A stretch of DNA of 62,733 nt, the filler included, from Choristocarpus tenellus KU-1152 (taxonomy: Eukaryota > Protista > Phaeophyceae), in the NCBI GenBank assembly GCA_964200185.2. It is 9 parts of 9 records of this genome, joined end to end, with 100 filler letters (N's around TTAATTAATTAA, not from the genome) between each part and the next. Parts side by side here need not be neighbours in the genome. Positions count along the whole stretch, not along the records: positions 37,412 to 41,657 come from CAXNAD020015506.1; positions 41,758 to 46,438 come from CAXNAD020013486.1; positions 46,539 to 56,375 come from CAXNAD020003343.1; 6 more parts are not named here. One strand, given 5' to 3'. Positions 37,500 through 49,508 of this stretch are shown here, piece by piece (the first letter of the stretch is position 1; each line of letters starts with the position of its first letter). The translations under genes were made by a program, and so were the position numbers. The notes below the pieces were generated by a model. That model had not been told where the DNA came from. It saw nothing but the letters and a program-made list of their open reading frames with translations, and ran no database searches.

Positions 37500-40400
37500 T
37501 GGACGACAGTATCCCCTGTACACCTGGGAGCATCCCAACTGCAAGCATTGTTGGCAAGATACTATACTACTCCCTTTTTCAAGCTCGGATTGTGCCTCCC
37601 CTTACAATTGGGAGGTCTCTCAAAACCATATTGGGGTAGTGTTCTGTGGCATTGCCCAGGGTACTCGTAGGTATATGGATAGGTATCTTCTTGCTTGCTA
37701 CCCCCCTCAGCTTCTGTTTGTACCGGAATGCATACTGGTTGCTGGATCATATGACCTAGATAGTTGTGAAACTGTTCTGTCCCTTACCCTTTTAGCTAGT
37801 GAACCCTCCACAAAGAAGTCAAGAGATTTTTTCATGTACATGCTATTATGCCAACGGTAATTTTGTGAGGGTGAGGTGATGCATATCCAGGTGAGAGGCA
37901 GAGTGGCGAGTTGAAAAGTAACATTTACTTCTTTGCACTACTGGTAGTAGGTTGGAAATATGGAGATGCAACTCCAATGTGAATCTGATGCCCATCCCTT
38001 CAGTTTTAAGGGCTTTTCGAACAGCTTATTGTGGATACGCGATTGATTGTGTGTTTGGCGAGGAACTTAAGGATCCTTGGGTGTTCACGGAAGGCCTTTT
38101 CGACTGGCGCATGTGGTGCTATGCGCCGGTGGCTGGCGAAGTTACGATACGTGTGACAAGTGTACGTGTTAATATGAGGTATAGGGTGTTGTACGTTTGG
38201 CGTGGGTATAGTATTTGCTCCTTATCTCGTATGAATGTGCTATGTGATGTGAGGGAAGGAAGAGAGGCTGTTGCGATGGTGCTCCTTTTTGACAGCTCAT
38301 ATTTCGTTCGCCTGTGATGTCTCCCAGTGATCTTGTTTATCTTGTGTTTCTGTCCCTACTCTCAGGCATCTTCTTTGAAAGGAAAGACAGGATTTGATGT
38401 TAGAATGCATCTGTGTGTAGCATATAGAAGTACATACTCTATTATTGTCTCCAGTTCGATTGTCCTCTGATAGATATTGAGGTTGGCAACCGCTTGGTCT
38501 GTAGCAAGAGGAGTGACAATGTGTTGAGCTTGATCCGTTCATGGAAAGCTTAAGGATGAGCAAATGCCCAGTAGGGTGAGGATAGTTGTGTATGGGGTAA
38601 GAGTGAGGCGATGCCTTTTTATCTTTTTGTACTTGCAGGTGGGCTAAAGTCTAGTAGATGAAGGAGTTTCAAGGTCTGTTAAGTACCCTGCAAATGCCCG
38701 AGGCTGTTCGTTGACCTTTGAGGTGCGACTAAGATAGCTACCTGGGTCGGCATGTTTGATGTGTTTCTTGCACTGTGTGCGTGAAGCCAGCCATTACTTT
38801 GTACTAAGTGCATCAATGATTGGAACTAATATTAGGTTTGCGTGTGATGATATGATGGTGAGGATGGAATATTTGCACTTGCTGTTGGATGTGTATATAT
38901 GGCAGTGCAATGTTGATATGAGTGAATAATGGGGCAGGAATGCTATGAAGCCCTACTTGCTACTTTGGAACATTTCTATTCGGGTGGTGACTGGGGCAGT
39001 TTCTCCCCCTATATGATGAGTACAAGAAGTATTATCCTCATACCTCAACAAAAACGGTGTACACGCCAAAGTTGTGTAAGATTGTAGGCTGGATCCTCAT
39101 GGATAGGTTTGTAATAAACCCCTTGATCACATGAAGAAAGCCGCATATAGAATCACTAAACATACGATCCATAAATATGACCAATATTTATATCCTTTGA
39201 AGCGTAATTGGCAACATTCGCTTCCAGCATTGTTTACATTTTTTGTCCGTTGTTGTTGTTGTTGTTGGTGGTGGTGGTGCTCTTAATTTTTCGTGGACTT
39301 GATTTGATGTGGTTTCTTGGACTATCGTCATCTTTTTTTTGTCTTCCTCTTGATCCATGTTATGATTTTTTTACGCACTTTTTTTTCCCCCAACGGAGTG
39401 AATGAAGGGGTGATTTTGGACCCTGACCCCTAACTACTCCATACATATATTAAAGCTTCATAACAAGGGGAAGGGACACTCCATACGTCCTTCCTCCACA
39501 CCAAAGGAGAGTCAGTCCAACGATTTGTTACAGCCTAAATCAGGATATACGTATGTAGTGCTGCCAGAGGATTTGAGGCCATGATGTGGAAGCAGAGGGG
39601 CTTGTTCCTTGATATCGGTACTGGTGTCCACTGGGAGCGATTCGTACACCCAGCTGAACTCTATCTCTGGCTATATTATCGTGTTTTCTACCTCGTTTTC
39701 TTCTGTTTGTTTATCTTCTTTGCAGTTCTTTGTTGATTAGGTGCTTTTCTCTGTGTGCTCTCTAGTACCGGACTTCAAGAAAGTCGGACTAACGTTCAGC
39801 GATTGAACACAATTGAACACTTACAACTCACTACTTATTGTATGTGCCAAACGCTACAACTAAATGGTAATATGGCCATTCACCGCACTATTTCTCTCTT
39901 CCAATCGACAACATTGTGGTGGTCCAAATCCGATTGTGGTAGTCGAGGTGATTTTACAAATCAAACATCTACACGAGGTTGCTGAGCATTCCACATGTCA
40001 TGTAATTCTAGGTGGAATTGTGAACCACTCAGAAAACAAAGACCGCAAAAGGTAAATGGCCAATGCCCCCATGTATTTTCTGGATATCCATGTATAGAAC
40101 GTGTCTTGATGTTTTGTATGTTAGGCAGTCCTTTCTTTGGCAGGGAGGAACTCAGCAGGGACACTGTGTAAGGAAGGGAGACGCATCTCCCACATATTTA
40201 AGTTAATTGAAGTTGGAAGGGTAAGGCGAGGGTGCAATTATGGGGCGAATACACTCCCGTCATAGCCACCAAAATTGGTGAGGAACCATACCTTTGATCA
40301 GAGGTAGAAGAACAATATCCCCTAAATGTCTGGAACAGTAAGAGTGAGTGAGTTTCGGCTACATGGCTCAACCCCCTCTCCTAGTGACCATTGAAAATAT

Positions 40401-40814
40401 ATTCCACACGTACCACTCGGGTTATTGTGTGTGTGGCAGAGCTGGTATTAAGAAAGTAGTGTGTAATCCCAAGAAACTGACAAGACTCTTTCCCCACTCG
40501 GCTTGCATCTCTACCTTGAAAGGCATGTCCCGGCTCTAGAGAGACACCTGTGGAATGGTAGACTTCACCTGTCTCAAACGGGACTGGACAGCCCTTTTCC
40601 TATAGTATCCCCCTGCCCCTCTCCCCCCTTCTGCGTGGGTGGCTATCTTATTCGAGAATTATATCCATACACTTACAGGTAAATGGTGGTTGGTACGACG
40701 TTTTTTATTTTTTATTTGCTGTGTTTGTGGGAGGAGGAGTGCAACATTATTCTGTAATGTTCAACATCATAGTATCAATTTTTGAGTTGCTAGCAATATT
40801 AATTGTGATATATG

Positions 40815-41600
40815 ATACTACTACTACTACTACTACTACTATTATTATTGTTATTATTATTATTATTACTATTTGTATTATTATTATTACTATTTGTATT
40901 ATTATTACTACTATTTGTATTATTATTATTACTATTTGTATTATTATTATTACTATTTGTATTATTGTTATTGTTATTATTATTATTGTTTATTATTATT
41001 TTTGCTTATTATTGTTATTGTTAATATTGTTATTGCTATTTTTATTCTTATACCCTCTCATATTTTGTAGATGTGTCAGGGGGAAAACCAATGAAAACTA
41101 TGCACATGTCAGTATAAGACTAATAGAAATATTAATGTGGATTTGAGATGGAGTGAATGGCACAAAAGTTAGAATTGGGGATTGTCATTGTTATTATATT
41201 GTCATTGCTATTGTTAATATTATATTATTATTATGCACTCTAACATTTTGCAGATGTGTCAGGGCACAATATTATTGTTATTGTTATTATTACCATTATT
41301 ATTATTATGGCTATTATTATCATTATTATTGCTATTATTACTATTAACTATTATTGTTGGTATTGCGACTATTATTATTGTTATTATTTTTGTTTTTATT
41401 ATCGTTCTTGTTATTACTCTTGTTTTTTTTATTATTATTATTATTAGCATTACTGTTACTATTGCCATTACTATTGCTATTATTTTTTATATTGTTATTT
41501 TTACCATTATACTATTATTATTACTATTATTATTTTTTATTATTATGCTCTCTGACATTTTGCAGATGTGTCAGGGGGGAATCCAATGAAAACTATATAT
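40815..41600. repeat. Compound (ATT/ACT/GTT)n microsatellite with three conserved non-microsatellite islands
   Basis: Long att-triplet arrays; island attttgyagatgtgtcaggg at ~41062, ~41245 and ~41557. The ORFs called here are low-complexity artefacts. Confidence 0.9.
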
Positions 41601-41757
41601 ATGTATGTATATAAAATGTCCTAAACAAAAGACTACTATAAAACATTGCGTGGAAACNNNNNNNNNNNNNNNNNNNNNNNNNNNNNNNNNNNNNNNNNNN
41701 NTTAATTAATTAANNNNNNNNNNNNNNNNNNNNNNNNNNNNNNNNNNNNNNNNNNNN

Positions 41758-41929
41758 TGTTAAGAGATGTCCATATCCTTGTTCCGGGTACACCTGTTCA
41801 TGACGTATACATTTGATCTACTCCAAAACATTTTGGAGAGGGTAAAATATAATTTTAAAAAAACTTGGGAAGTCAAGCTCCAAAGGGACAAACAGGGGAG
41901 AACTCATACCCTCTAAGATGCTTTCACTT
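41758..41929 (+). mobile_element. MITE family A partial copy at contig start
   Basis: ...gggaagtcaagctccaaagggacaaacagggg...TACCCTCTAAGATGCTTTCACT. Confidence 0.8.
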
Positions 41930-41962
41930 CCCCCCTCTGGGATATAATGGGTCTCACACCAC

Positions 41963-43780
41963 TTGCCTCTGGGAGGTGCTGACCCAACGGCTGTCGGTAC
42001 CACAGCTCGCCAGCTGGGAGACTTTCTTCCCAATCCAGTCCGCGAACCTTGGATTGAGTTGGGTAGGACTAGATACGAAACGCGTGCTAGAGTTGAAGGG
42101 AGTGCAGATGTTGGCGATGTGATGTCTCTCATTGTTAGTGCAGAGAGGAAACATTTTTCTTATGCCTTGACTGTACAGCCCATGCGCCAGTCTGTGTTGA
42201 TGTGTATCCCCCTACATTGTCTTCTTATTTCTGAGTTAGGACCAGCCCCACAGTCTTGTTATGCTGAGCCTCGAAAGTCTGGCTACTGGCCAGTATGGGA
42301 AGAAGCTATGTCTAAGGAGTTGGATGGTTTCTTGGACACAAGTACCTTAAGTATTGTAGATGTACCCTCGGGGCACAAGGCTATTGGTTCGAAGTGGGTC
42401 TTTAAGTGGAAGGAGACTGTTTTGGGATGGTCAGTAGGGCTAAGGCTAGGCTAGTTGCTTAAGGTTTTAGCCAGGAGTATGGTGTTGAGTACTTCGAAAC
42501 CTCTGCCTGCACAACTTCCACCTCATCGGTTAGGATAATGGGCAGTACAGCCTGTGAGTTGGGCCTGAGGATGTAGCACCTAGATGTAGGGCAGGCCTTT
42601 GTTCAATCTGAACTGGATGAGGAAGTGTACATACACCTCCGATAAGGATGTGGAGATCTCTCCAATACGACCGTTCACCTTCACAGGTCCCTGTATTGTT
42701 TAAAGCAAGCCTCTAGGACTTGGAATGCTAAGCTGACTTCCACCCTTAAGTGTCATGGTTTTGAGTAGTGTCTGATTGACCATTGTATATTTAGACTCAG
42801 GAGGGATGGATATAATCCATTAGTTCATGTGGATGACATTGTGGTTTTGGTGTCTGATGATGATTGGAATGATATTTGTGCCTCCCTGAATGAAGAGTTC
42901 TCCACCAAAAAACCTTGGCTTCTTGTCTCAGTTTTCTGGTTGCACTTACACAAGAGATTGGAAGCGTGGTACCCTCTCCATTACCCAAACTAACTACATC
43001 GACAGTCTGTATTAACGTTTTCCCACCAAATCAACAAGTCCCATCCCTGCTGCCCCTTCCAGAAAGCTGGGAATTAGGAAGGGAGATACCCTGTCAGAGG
43101 ATCTCTCTTCTCGAGAGGCAGTTGGGAGGTTGATGTAGGTCTATAACATGACCAGGCCAGATGTGGCTAATGCAGTGAGAGCTGTAGCCCGTCATTCACA
43201 TGCTCTAAGTTATATCCGCTGGAGAGCTGTAACCCACATCCTCAAGTACCTCAAAGGAATACGGGAGTTGGGCTTAACCTAGGAGAAAGGAGCAGGTCTG
43301 AAACTAGTGGCCTATGCTGATGCAGACTTCGCCAACGAGACTTTTGACAGACGTTCTGTGTCAGGGGGGGCAGTGATGTGTGGGGGGGAAACAGTAGCCT
43401 GGTTTTCTAAGACCTAGCGTATCATTGCACAATCCACTGCAGAGGCTGGGTACATGCCATGGAAGACTGCGTGAAGGAGTTGTTTTTGAGGGGTGTGTTG
43501 GTTTTATGTTCGACCTGATGTTCCTGGATCTTGTTATGTGATGTACGAGGACAACACAGGGGCCATCCATTTGGCAAATAACCCTTTGAGTTCTGGCAGG
43601 ACCAAGCATACAGATATGCGACACTATTTCCTGAGGAACTTGGTTACAAATAAGCAAATACAGCCCATTCATGTTAACTCAGATGAGCAGCATGCAGATG
43701 TGCTGACCAAGCCTCTAGCAGAGGAATCTTTTAGGAGGCATCCAGGGGGTTTGCTGAATTTAGACTGTTTAGCGGTTTGT
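41963..43780 (+). mobile_element. Decayed Ty1/Copia retrotransposon, RT + RNaseH
   Basis: WEEAMSKEL, KAIGSKWVFKWK, KARLVA*GFSQEYG, HLDVGQAF, SLYCLKQASRTWN, VHVDDI, TRPDVA, AYADADFA..DRRSVSG, YEDNTGAIHLANNP..RTKHTDMRHYFLR, ADVLTKPL; many stops and frameshifts. Confidence 0.95.
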
Positions 43781-43878
43781 TTTTCGTTGGATTTTGAATT
43801 CTTCGTGTTCGTTTAGATTTAGTTTTAAGTGAGTTTAGCAGGTACTATAGTTACGTCTAGTGACCAGTCAGAGTTTTT

Positions 43879-44145
43879 GAGGTAGGGAAGGTGTTCGAAT
43901 AGACTCTTCCAACTGTAACAGATATCACTAGTAGTATATACATGAAGAATCACAATACAAGGATTATTAGTTGGTTAACCCATTTGTGTTCTTGCATACG
44001 AACAGGTAGGAATTGATTCCACTAAGCATGGTGTTTTGGTGTTGTATGGTCACCCCTCGTGCTTAGGATAATCACTCTGCAACAATTGGTAATACTCCTG
44101 TATTTATCTCTTCTATCCATACATGAGGTGGGGGATACTTTAACA
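43879..44145 (+). repeat. Polypurine tract (43879-43891) and candidate 3' LTR (43892-44145) of the Copia element
   Basis: GAGGTAGGGAAGG followed immediately by TGTT; candidate AACA end at 44145 and a TATA-like tatata inside. The LTR end cannot be confirmed because the 5' LTR is absent. Confidence 0.55.
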
Positions 44146-46996
44146 ATAGATAGATACAGTTAGCCAAGTATTGTCAGGAGAAGAAGAAAAAAAAGGAGGG
44201 TAGATGGAAAGATAGAGACTGGATTACTGGGATAACAGTTTAATGAAGAAGGTAATAGGAAAGGAGTGGCAGGAGAGAATAAGGGAAGTACTTCCTCTGA
44301 CCCAAAATATAGGCTACATTCGGACAAAAACCGGTATAAATCATCATAGGTTTTTGTCCGAAAGTAGTTATATTTGGGGTCAGAGTAAGTAAAAAGGAGT
44401 AGGGCGGAACGAAAATTAAAGAGAGCAGATGCGAAATTACGAGGACAAGACGAAACAGGACTAAGCCAACCGTGGAGAAATCTTCCCCATTCGCCCACTG
44501 TCTCGAGTTACTCAAGATTGAGTGTGATGTTAGGAAAAGGGGGAGGTCAAGTTAGGGCGAAGTATGTCTTCTAGTTCAAAGGCGTGGTAGGGGAGTGGAT
44601 GATTGTGTTCTTGAACTAGTAGTATAGAGTGTTGTGGAGTGGGGTAGAGTGGTGTGATGGAGAGGTGCCATAGAGGAAGGTGGAGAGGATTCACAGAAAT
44701 TAACCTCATTATTGGTTGTTGAGTATATCGAACATTTTGCGGGCTACTTAACACAGTTTGAACGGTTTAAATTAACCCTGCGTGTGGTGTGGTTCCACAA
44801 AATATTATTGGAAATGCTTTAATAAATCCTTATCACCACAACTCCATTTTCATTCCTATATACTCTCGGACATTGTTGAACAGTTGCATATGTTACAGAT
44901 TTTAAGAATGAATATATTGAAAATTAACAATCTTCTGTATTGAATTATGGTATTGATCTTTCTTCTCTATTCCCTTTCCCTCAACCAATTATATTTTTGA
45001 AATGAAAACAATCACAAATATAATGGGCCTGCGTAGAGAAACACAACTGACTGTAGAAATAGAATGAGAGAACAGAGGGACTGATAGAACATGAGAGGAA
45101 GGATCTGGTGGTACTGAAGAGCCGAAGAACTTGAGAGGTAGGCAATGTTACATTTTAAGGATCATCAGGAAAAGCAGAAATTCGCCATTTTCTACAATGC
45201 AGACAGAGCCTCTACTGAAATGTGGTATTACGTTGTATATAGAATTGGGGAATGTCAATATTGCGTACACTATCGTGCTTATAAACCAACGAAATACTTT
45301 GTAGGGTGTATTGGATAGTGTAAGAAAGATTACTCAGAATGCAAAAAGGTCCAAATCTGCCCTACCTCTACGTTACTTTGACTCTGAAGTTGAAAATACA
45401 ACTAGAAAATGGGCAGGTGACAAATGTAGGTAACTGTGTTTCTAGTTAGGGTCTACTGCTACTGGTGATTCGCCCAGGTTCACGGTTCACGATTCTGAAT
45501 CTGTAAAGAGGAAATTTCAAAAATTATACTTTTCCTCTAGGTCCTATACCATACCGTTGTTGTTGTTGGTAGGAGTGGCTCAACACTGAAAAGAGTCAAA
45601 TACAGACTTTTGTATATGTCACTCAATAGGTATAGGTAGCATCTACACGACTAACGAGAGTTGTGGCGTAACCCCTACGATATAACATCTTCCTCTTCAA
45701 GATTACTACAACTGAATGTGGAAAGAGAGTAAGAGAACAAAGGAAGTGGTTGAACTTAACAGGAGGAACGGTCTGCTGGTACTGTTGATAGGTGGGAATT
45801 CATGGTTCACGATTCTGAACTTGCAAAGAGGAATTGGCAAAAGCAATATTTCCTATTGCTCCCAATTATCTTGGCTGTTGATGTTGGTAAGAGTCGTGGA
45901 AGGAGAGGTGTGATGGGAAATAGTGTAGGCGGTGATAGCAAGGCAGCGCGAAATGTTTGAGGGGCAGCTAGGCACACATTGACTTGGTTGTAAATAATGT
46001 AGTGTGGAGGGCATATGGTAAATTATTGGACTGGGTGCACACACGTCCCCCTTTTGCAGTCATGCAACGTGCATAGGTGCACATTCCATCAAAGCCATTG
46101 CACTACTAGGTGCGGTGATCAGAGACCTTCCAATCCTCTTCGGATATGTTACAGCGCGCTCCAGAAGCTTACCTTCACAGGATGTATATAGCTTCAATCT
46201 ACAGACCTATAGATGATATTGATGCACATATAGGACTCCTGATGCACAAGTCAAGTATGCTGTATCTCTCACTTGGATTATCACCAATACATATTATAAA
46301 AAGGAACTGATCAACAATGTCTTACCACAATCGGGGACCATAATGACCAAATAATAATTAAATAGTCAAGAAGTACAAATATATCAAATATAGGACTTCA
46401 AGGTCATAATGGGGTTTATGAAACCGCCATCAAGACATNNNNNNNNNNNNNNNNNNNNNNNNNNNNNNNNNNNNNNNNNNNNTTAATTAATTAANNNNNN
46501 NNNNNNNNNNNNNNNNNNNNNNNNNNNNNNNNNNNNNNGTGACTACCTCCCTCTCATAGACCCCCTAAGGCTGAAGGGGGGAACATTGACCTGCATATGA
46601 CTAGCCCCTTTAATGGTTCTTTACCATCTTGGTTAGGAAAAGTTAACAAATTGAGTTGTCCAGGCAAAGTGGAAAGGAGACTAAAATCAACCCCATCACA
46701 CCACCTTTCCTGGAGGAAATGGCCCCAAAATACAAGTGTACCCCAAAATATTCCTCCCCTTAATAGATGAGAGATCTTTTAGACTTTGGGCTAATGGCGA
46801 ATTGGCGGGGCTGGTACACATATCGCCATATATATATTAACCAAATTTCTACAGATTGCTTGATCAGACTGATAATACTCTAAAAGCAGGAGTCAAGCAC
46901 AAGGAAGCTTCAGAAGTCACAGAAGGAGAAAAGGCGAGTCGCAATCATTGACACTAAGGAGGACCAAGGCAAGGTTGGTGCTAAACATCCTGGTTT

Positions 46997-47173
46997 CGCT
47001 CAAAGCATCTGGGGTGGGAGGCTCTACACTAGAGTTTCCATTCGGACCCTAACCAGAAGAAGTGCGTTTACATTATCCATCCAATACATGCAACTAAATC
47101 ACCAAAAAATGATGACATGGAAAAATGGGGCCCCAAATGGACAGTCGTCACCTCCCACTAGATACTTTGGGCC
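46997..47173 (-). mobile_element. MITE family B complete copy
   Basis: GCTCAAAGCATCTGGGG...tacattatccatcc...ccccaaatggacagtcg...AGATACTTTGGGCC. Confidence 0.85.
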
Positions 47174-49030
47174 TTCAATGTTATGGTGTGAACAGAATGA
47201 CGCCGTCAAATGAACCTTGCATATTCTTAGGACCTTCTACGATGCCTAGAACATCAGCCATATATGCATATGAAAGCTGATCATGTCAACTACACATTTT
47301 TACTATCAACTTCTGTAAGGAATAAATTATACCACCTGTGCGAATATTCAAATACTTCGGGGCAACAGCAGTGATATATTCAGTAAGAACTTTTGTCATG
47401 TTGCAGAAAATGGAAGGGCATTTGCATGCCAACAATTCCAAGATGCCACCACATATTATCTCTCCAACGGACAGATGGTCGCTTTCCAATTCATTTTGAA
47501 TCTCCACTCTCTTTTCAAGAATACCCACTGGCGAGAAGTGACCGCAACCACTATAATGCCATTAGAAGGAGTGTCTCTCTGTCAACTTTGTTAGCAATGG
47601 TTCCCTCTCTAGCCCCTCAGGCAGCACCCTCTACTGCTCCTCAAGGATCAGCACCCCCCACCCCTATGGATGAATCAGGGTGCCTTGTCGCTTCCGTGTC
47701 TCGGGAGTTGTTGCTACTCACATTCAAAGATCCAAACCATTCCTTAATACCTCTACCATCTCCTTACTTCAGCATATAAAATAGGGTTTCAGTTTAGTCG
47801 GTGGTACAGTACGACTAAGCAAAATTGTTGACAATATATGTGGAATTAGAAATAGTTGTACCGTTCGGGGTAAACACATAGCGTTATCCAACTCCGCTGT
47901 TCTCACATATTTTACTAATGGAATTCCGGAATTTCTGGATTAATCAGCAATTCATGGTCGTATATACTTCTACATAAACCAGCTTCAACCAGACATATGC
48001 CAACCTTGAGGAAGACCCCTCTGGGGAGGGTGTTATGACCTTATAAAGAGATAAAGACGGAAGAGATTTCCCCTGTTTCTGCCTCTTCCACAAACTGCAC
48101 TTCGGTGCCCCTGTATCTGCTGCTGCACTGAAGTGTATTTTGTGCGTGGTAAGTAGTCAAGTGGTATCTTGCAAGAGGGTCTCAATGGACCCAGCAAACA
48201 CTGAAATATTGCCCTTATACCAGAGAGAACACAATTCCAGTCTCAAAGTAGTGCTGGTCCTCTGGGGAAAGTCAAACAGGCGGTGCCTGGTCGCCTTAAA
48301 GATCCAGAAGATGCAACCAATGACTACTTTTGACGCACCTGAAGTTGACTTGGACAACGAAAGACGTAGTTTGGAGAGTGAGGTGCAGAACTGAGGGTGC
48401 AGGTGGGGTTCGCCTTCAACCAGTGGAGCATAGAGCAAGCTCAACTGAGAGGTGGAACCAGCTCCATCATAGCTATGGTGCAAAAAAGAACATTCGGATT
48501 CACATGGTATTTTCATCTGCTGCTCCTATGTGACCATAACTAATATAAATATTAGACCAATACTGAATAGTGGACTTGCTGAGGAGTGCGCTAACAGAAA
48601 CAAAGTAATGAAGCATATTCCTCCATTTCTTTGTTGCTTGCATCCCCTGTGGACAACCACATCGACCCCCGCTTGATGTATGCACATCTACAGCAACCAG
48701 TGGCAGACACCCAAGCCGGGGAGAAAATGACTCTGCTCATCTTCACACTGACCACTATACATCAGTATCATGAAGCATTCACAGCATAAATAGCACTAGA
48801 AGTAGTAGTAGTGTTAACATAACGTTACACTATATTAACACTGTGGTCAGTGTTCAGCTGTGTTAACTCTTAATGGTATGTTACAGCACAACTTGATGTT
48901 ATGCCCTTGCAGCACTTTGGACATTGCGAACTAGTAATGTTCTTAGCTATGGCACAACATAATGGGGTGCTGTCACAATGCTTTGGAGAGCGTTAAGCTG
49001 TAATATTCTGTTATCTTGATATAACATGGC

Positions 49031-49209
49031 GACCCAAAGTATCTGGGGGAGGAGGCGGGGTCCACACCTGGGTGTCGAATTAGGTCAAAATAAGGTGAAG
49101 TGCATTTACATTATCCATTGGATGTATGCAACCAAATCACCAAAAAAACGCAACATGAAAAAATTGACCCAAATGGACAGCCGCCACCCCCCTTCAGATA
49201 CTTTGACCC
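49031..49209 (-). mobile_element. MITE family B complete copy
   Basis: GACCCAAAGTATCTGGGGG...cccaaatggacagccgccacccc...AGATACTTTGACCC. Confidence 0.9.
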
Positions 49210-49508
49210 AACATTTTGTGTCATGGCATAACATATGTGTTAACATGGCATCATATGTAGTGCATATTCTTGTCTCCAGTGCTACAGAAATAACATGGTG
49301 GCGAGTACTATGTTGTCCAAGGTGAGTAAAAATGCCATCACTGTACCGGACCTGGAGCAACCACATTTCTCTATCACACTGCCAATTACAAACAAGTAAT
49401 CACCAAATGCAATATACACACTAGGAACACTAATAAGAAGAAGAACTGTACTTCCCCCCATACTCCTCACTCTAAATCATACTCCTCTGGCAGATGTGCA
49501 GTACTTGC

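Noticed and set aside
37500-39100. LINE/Penelope remnant
   Set aside because: Coding-like composition on the minus strand, but no diagnostic RT or endonuclease motif recognised.
40721-41614. Hydrophobic poly-Ile/Leu/Tyr membrane-protein ORFs (also 11326-11724)
   Set aside because: Translations of (ATT)n microsatellite.
41963-43780. RIP-like CpA>TpA mutation in the Copia element
   Set aside because: Many stops derive from CAA/CAG/TGG, but these are the expected nonsense transitions under any mutation process; multiple aligned copies would be needed.
48157-48516. Last exon of the P450
   Set aside because: No P450 C-terminal pattern; the opposite strand looks more like a retroelement integrase remnant.
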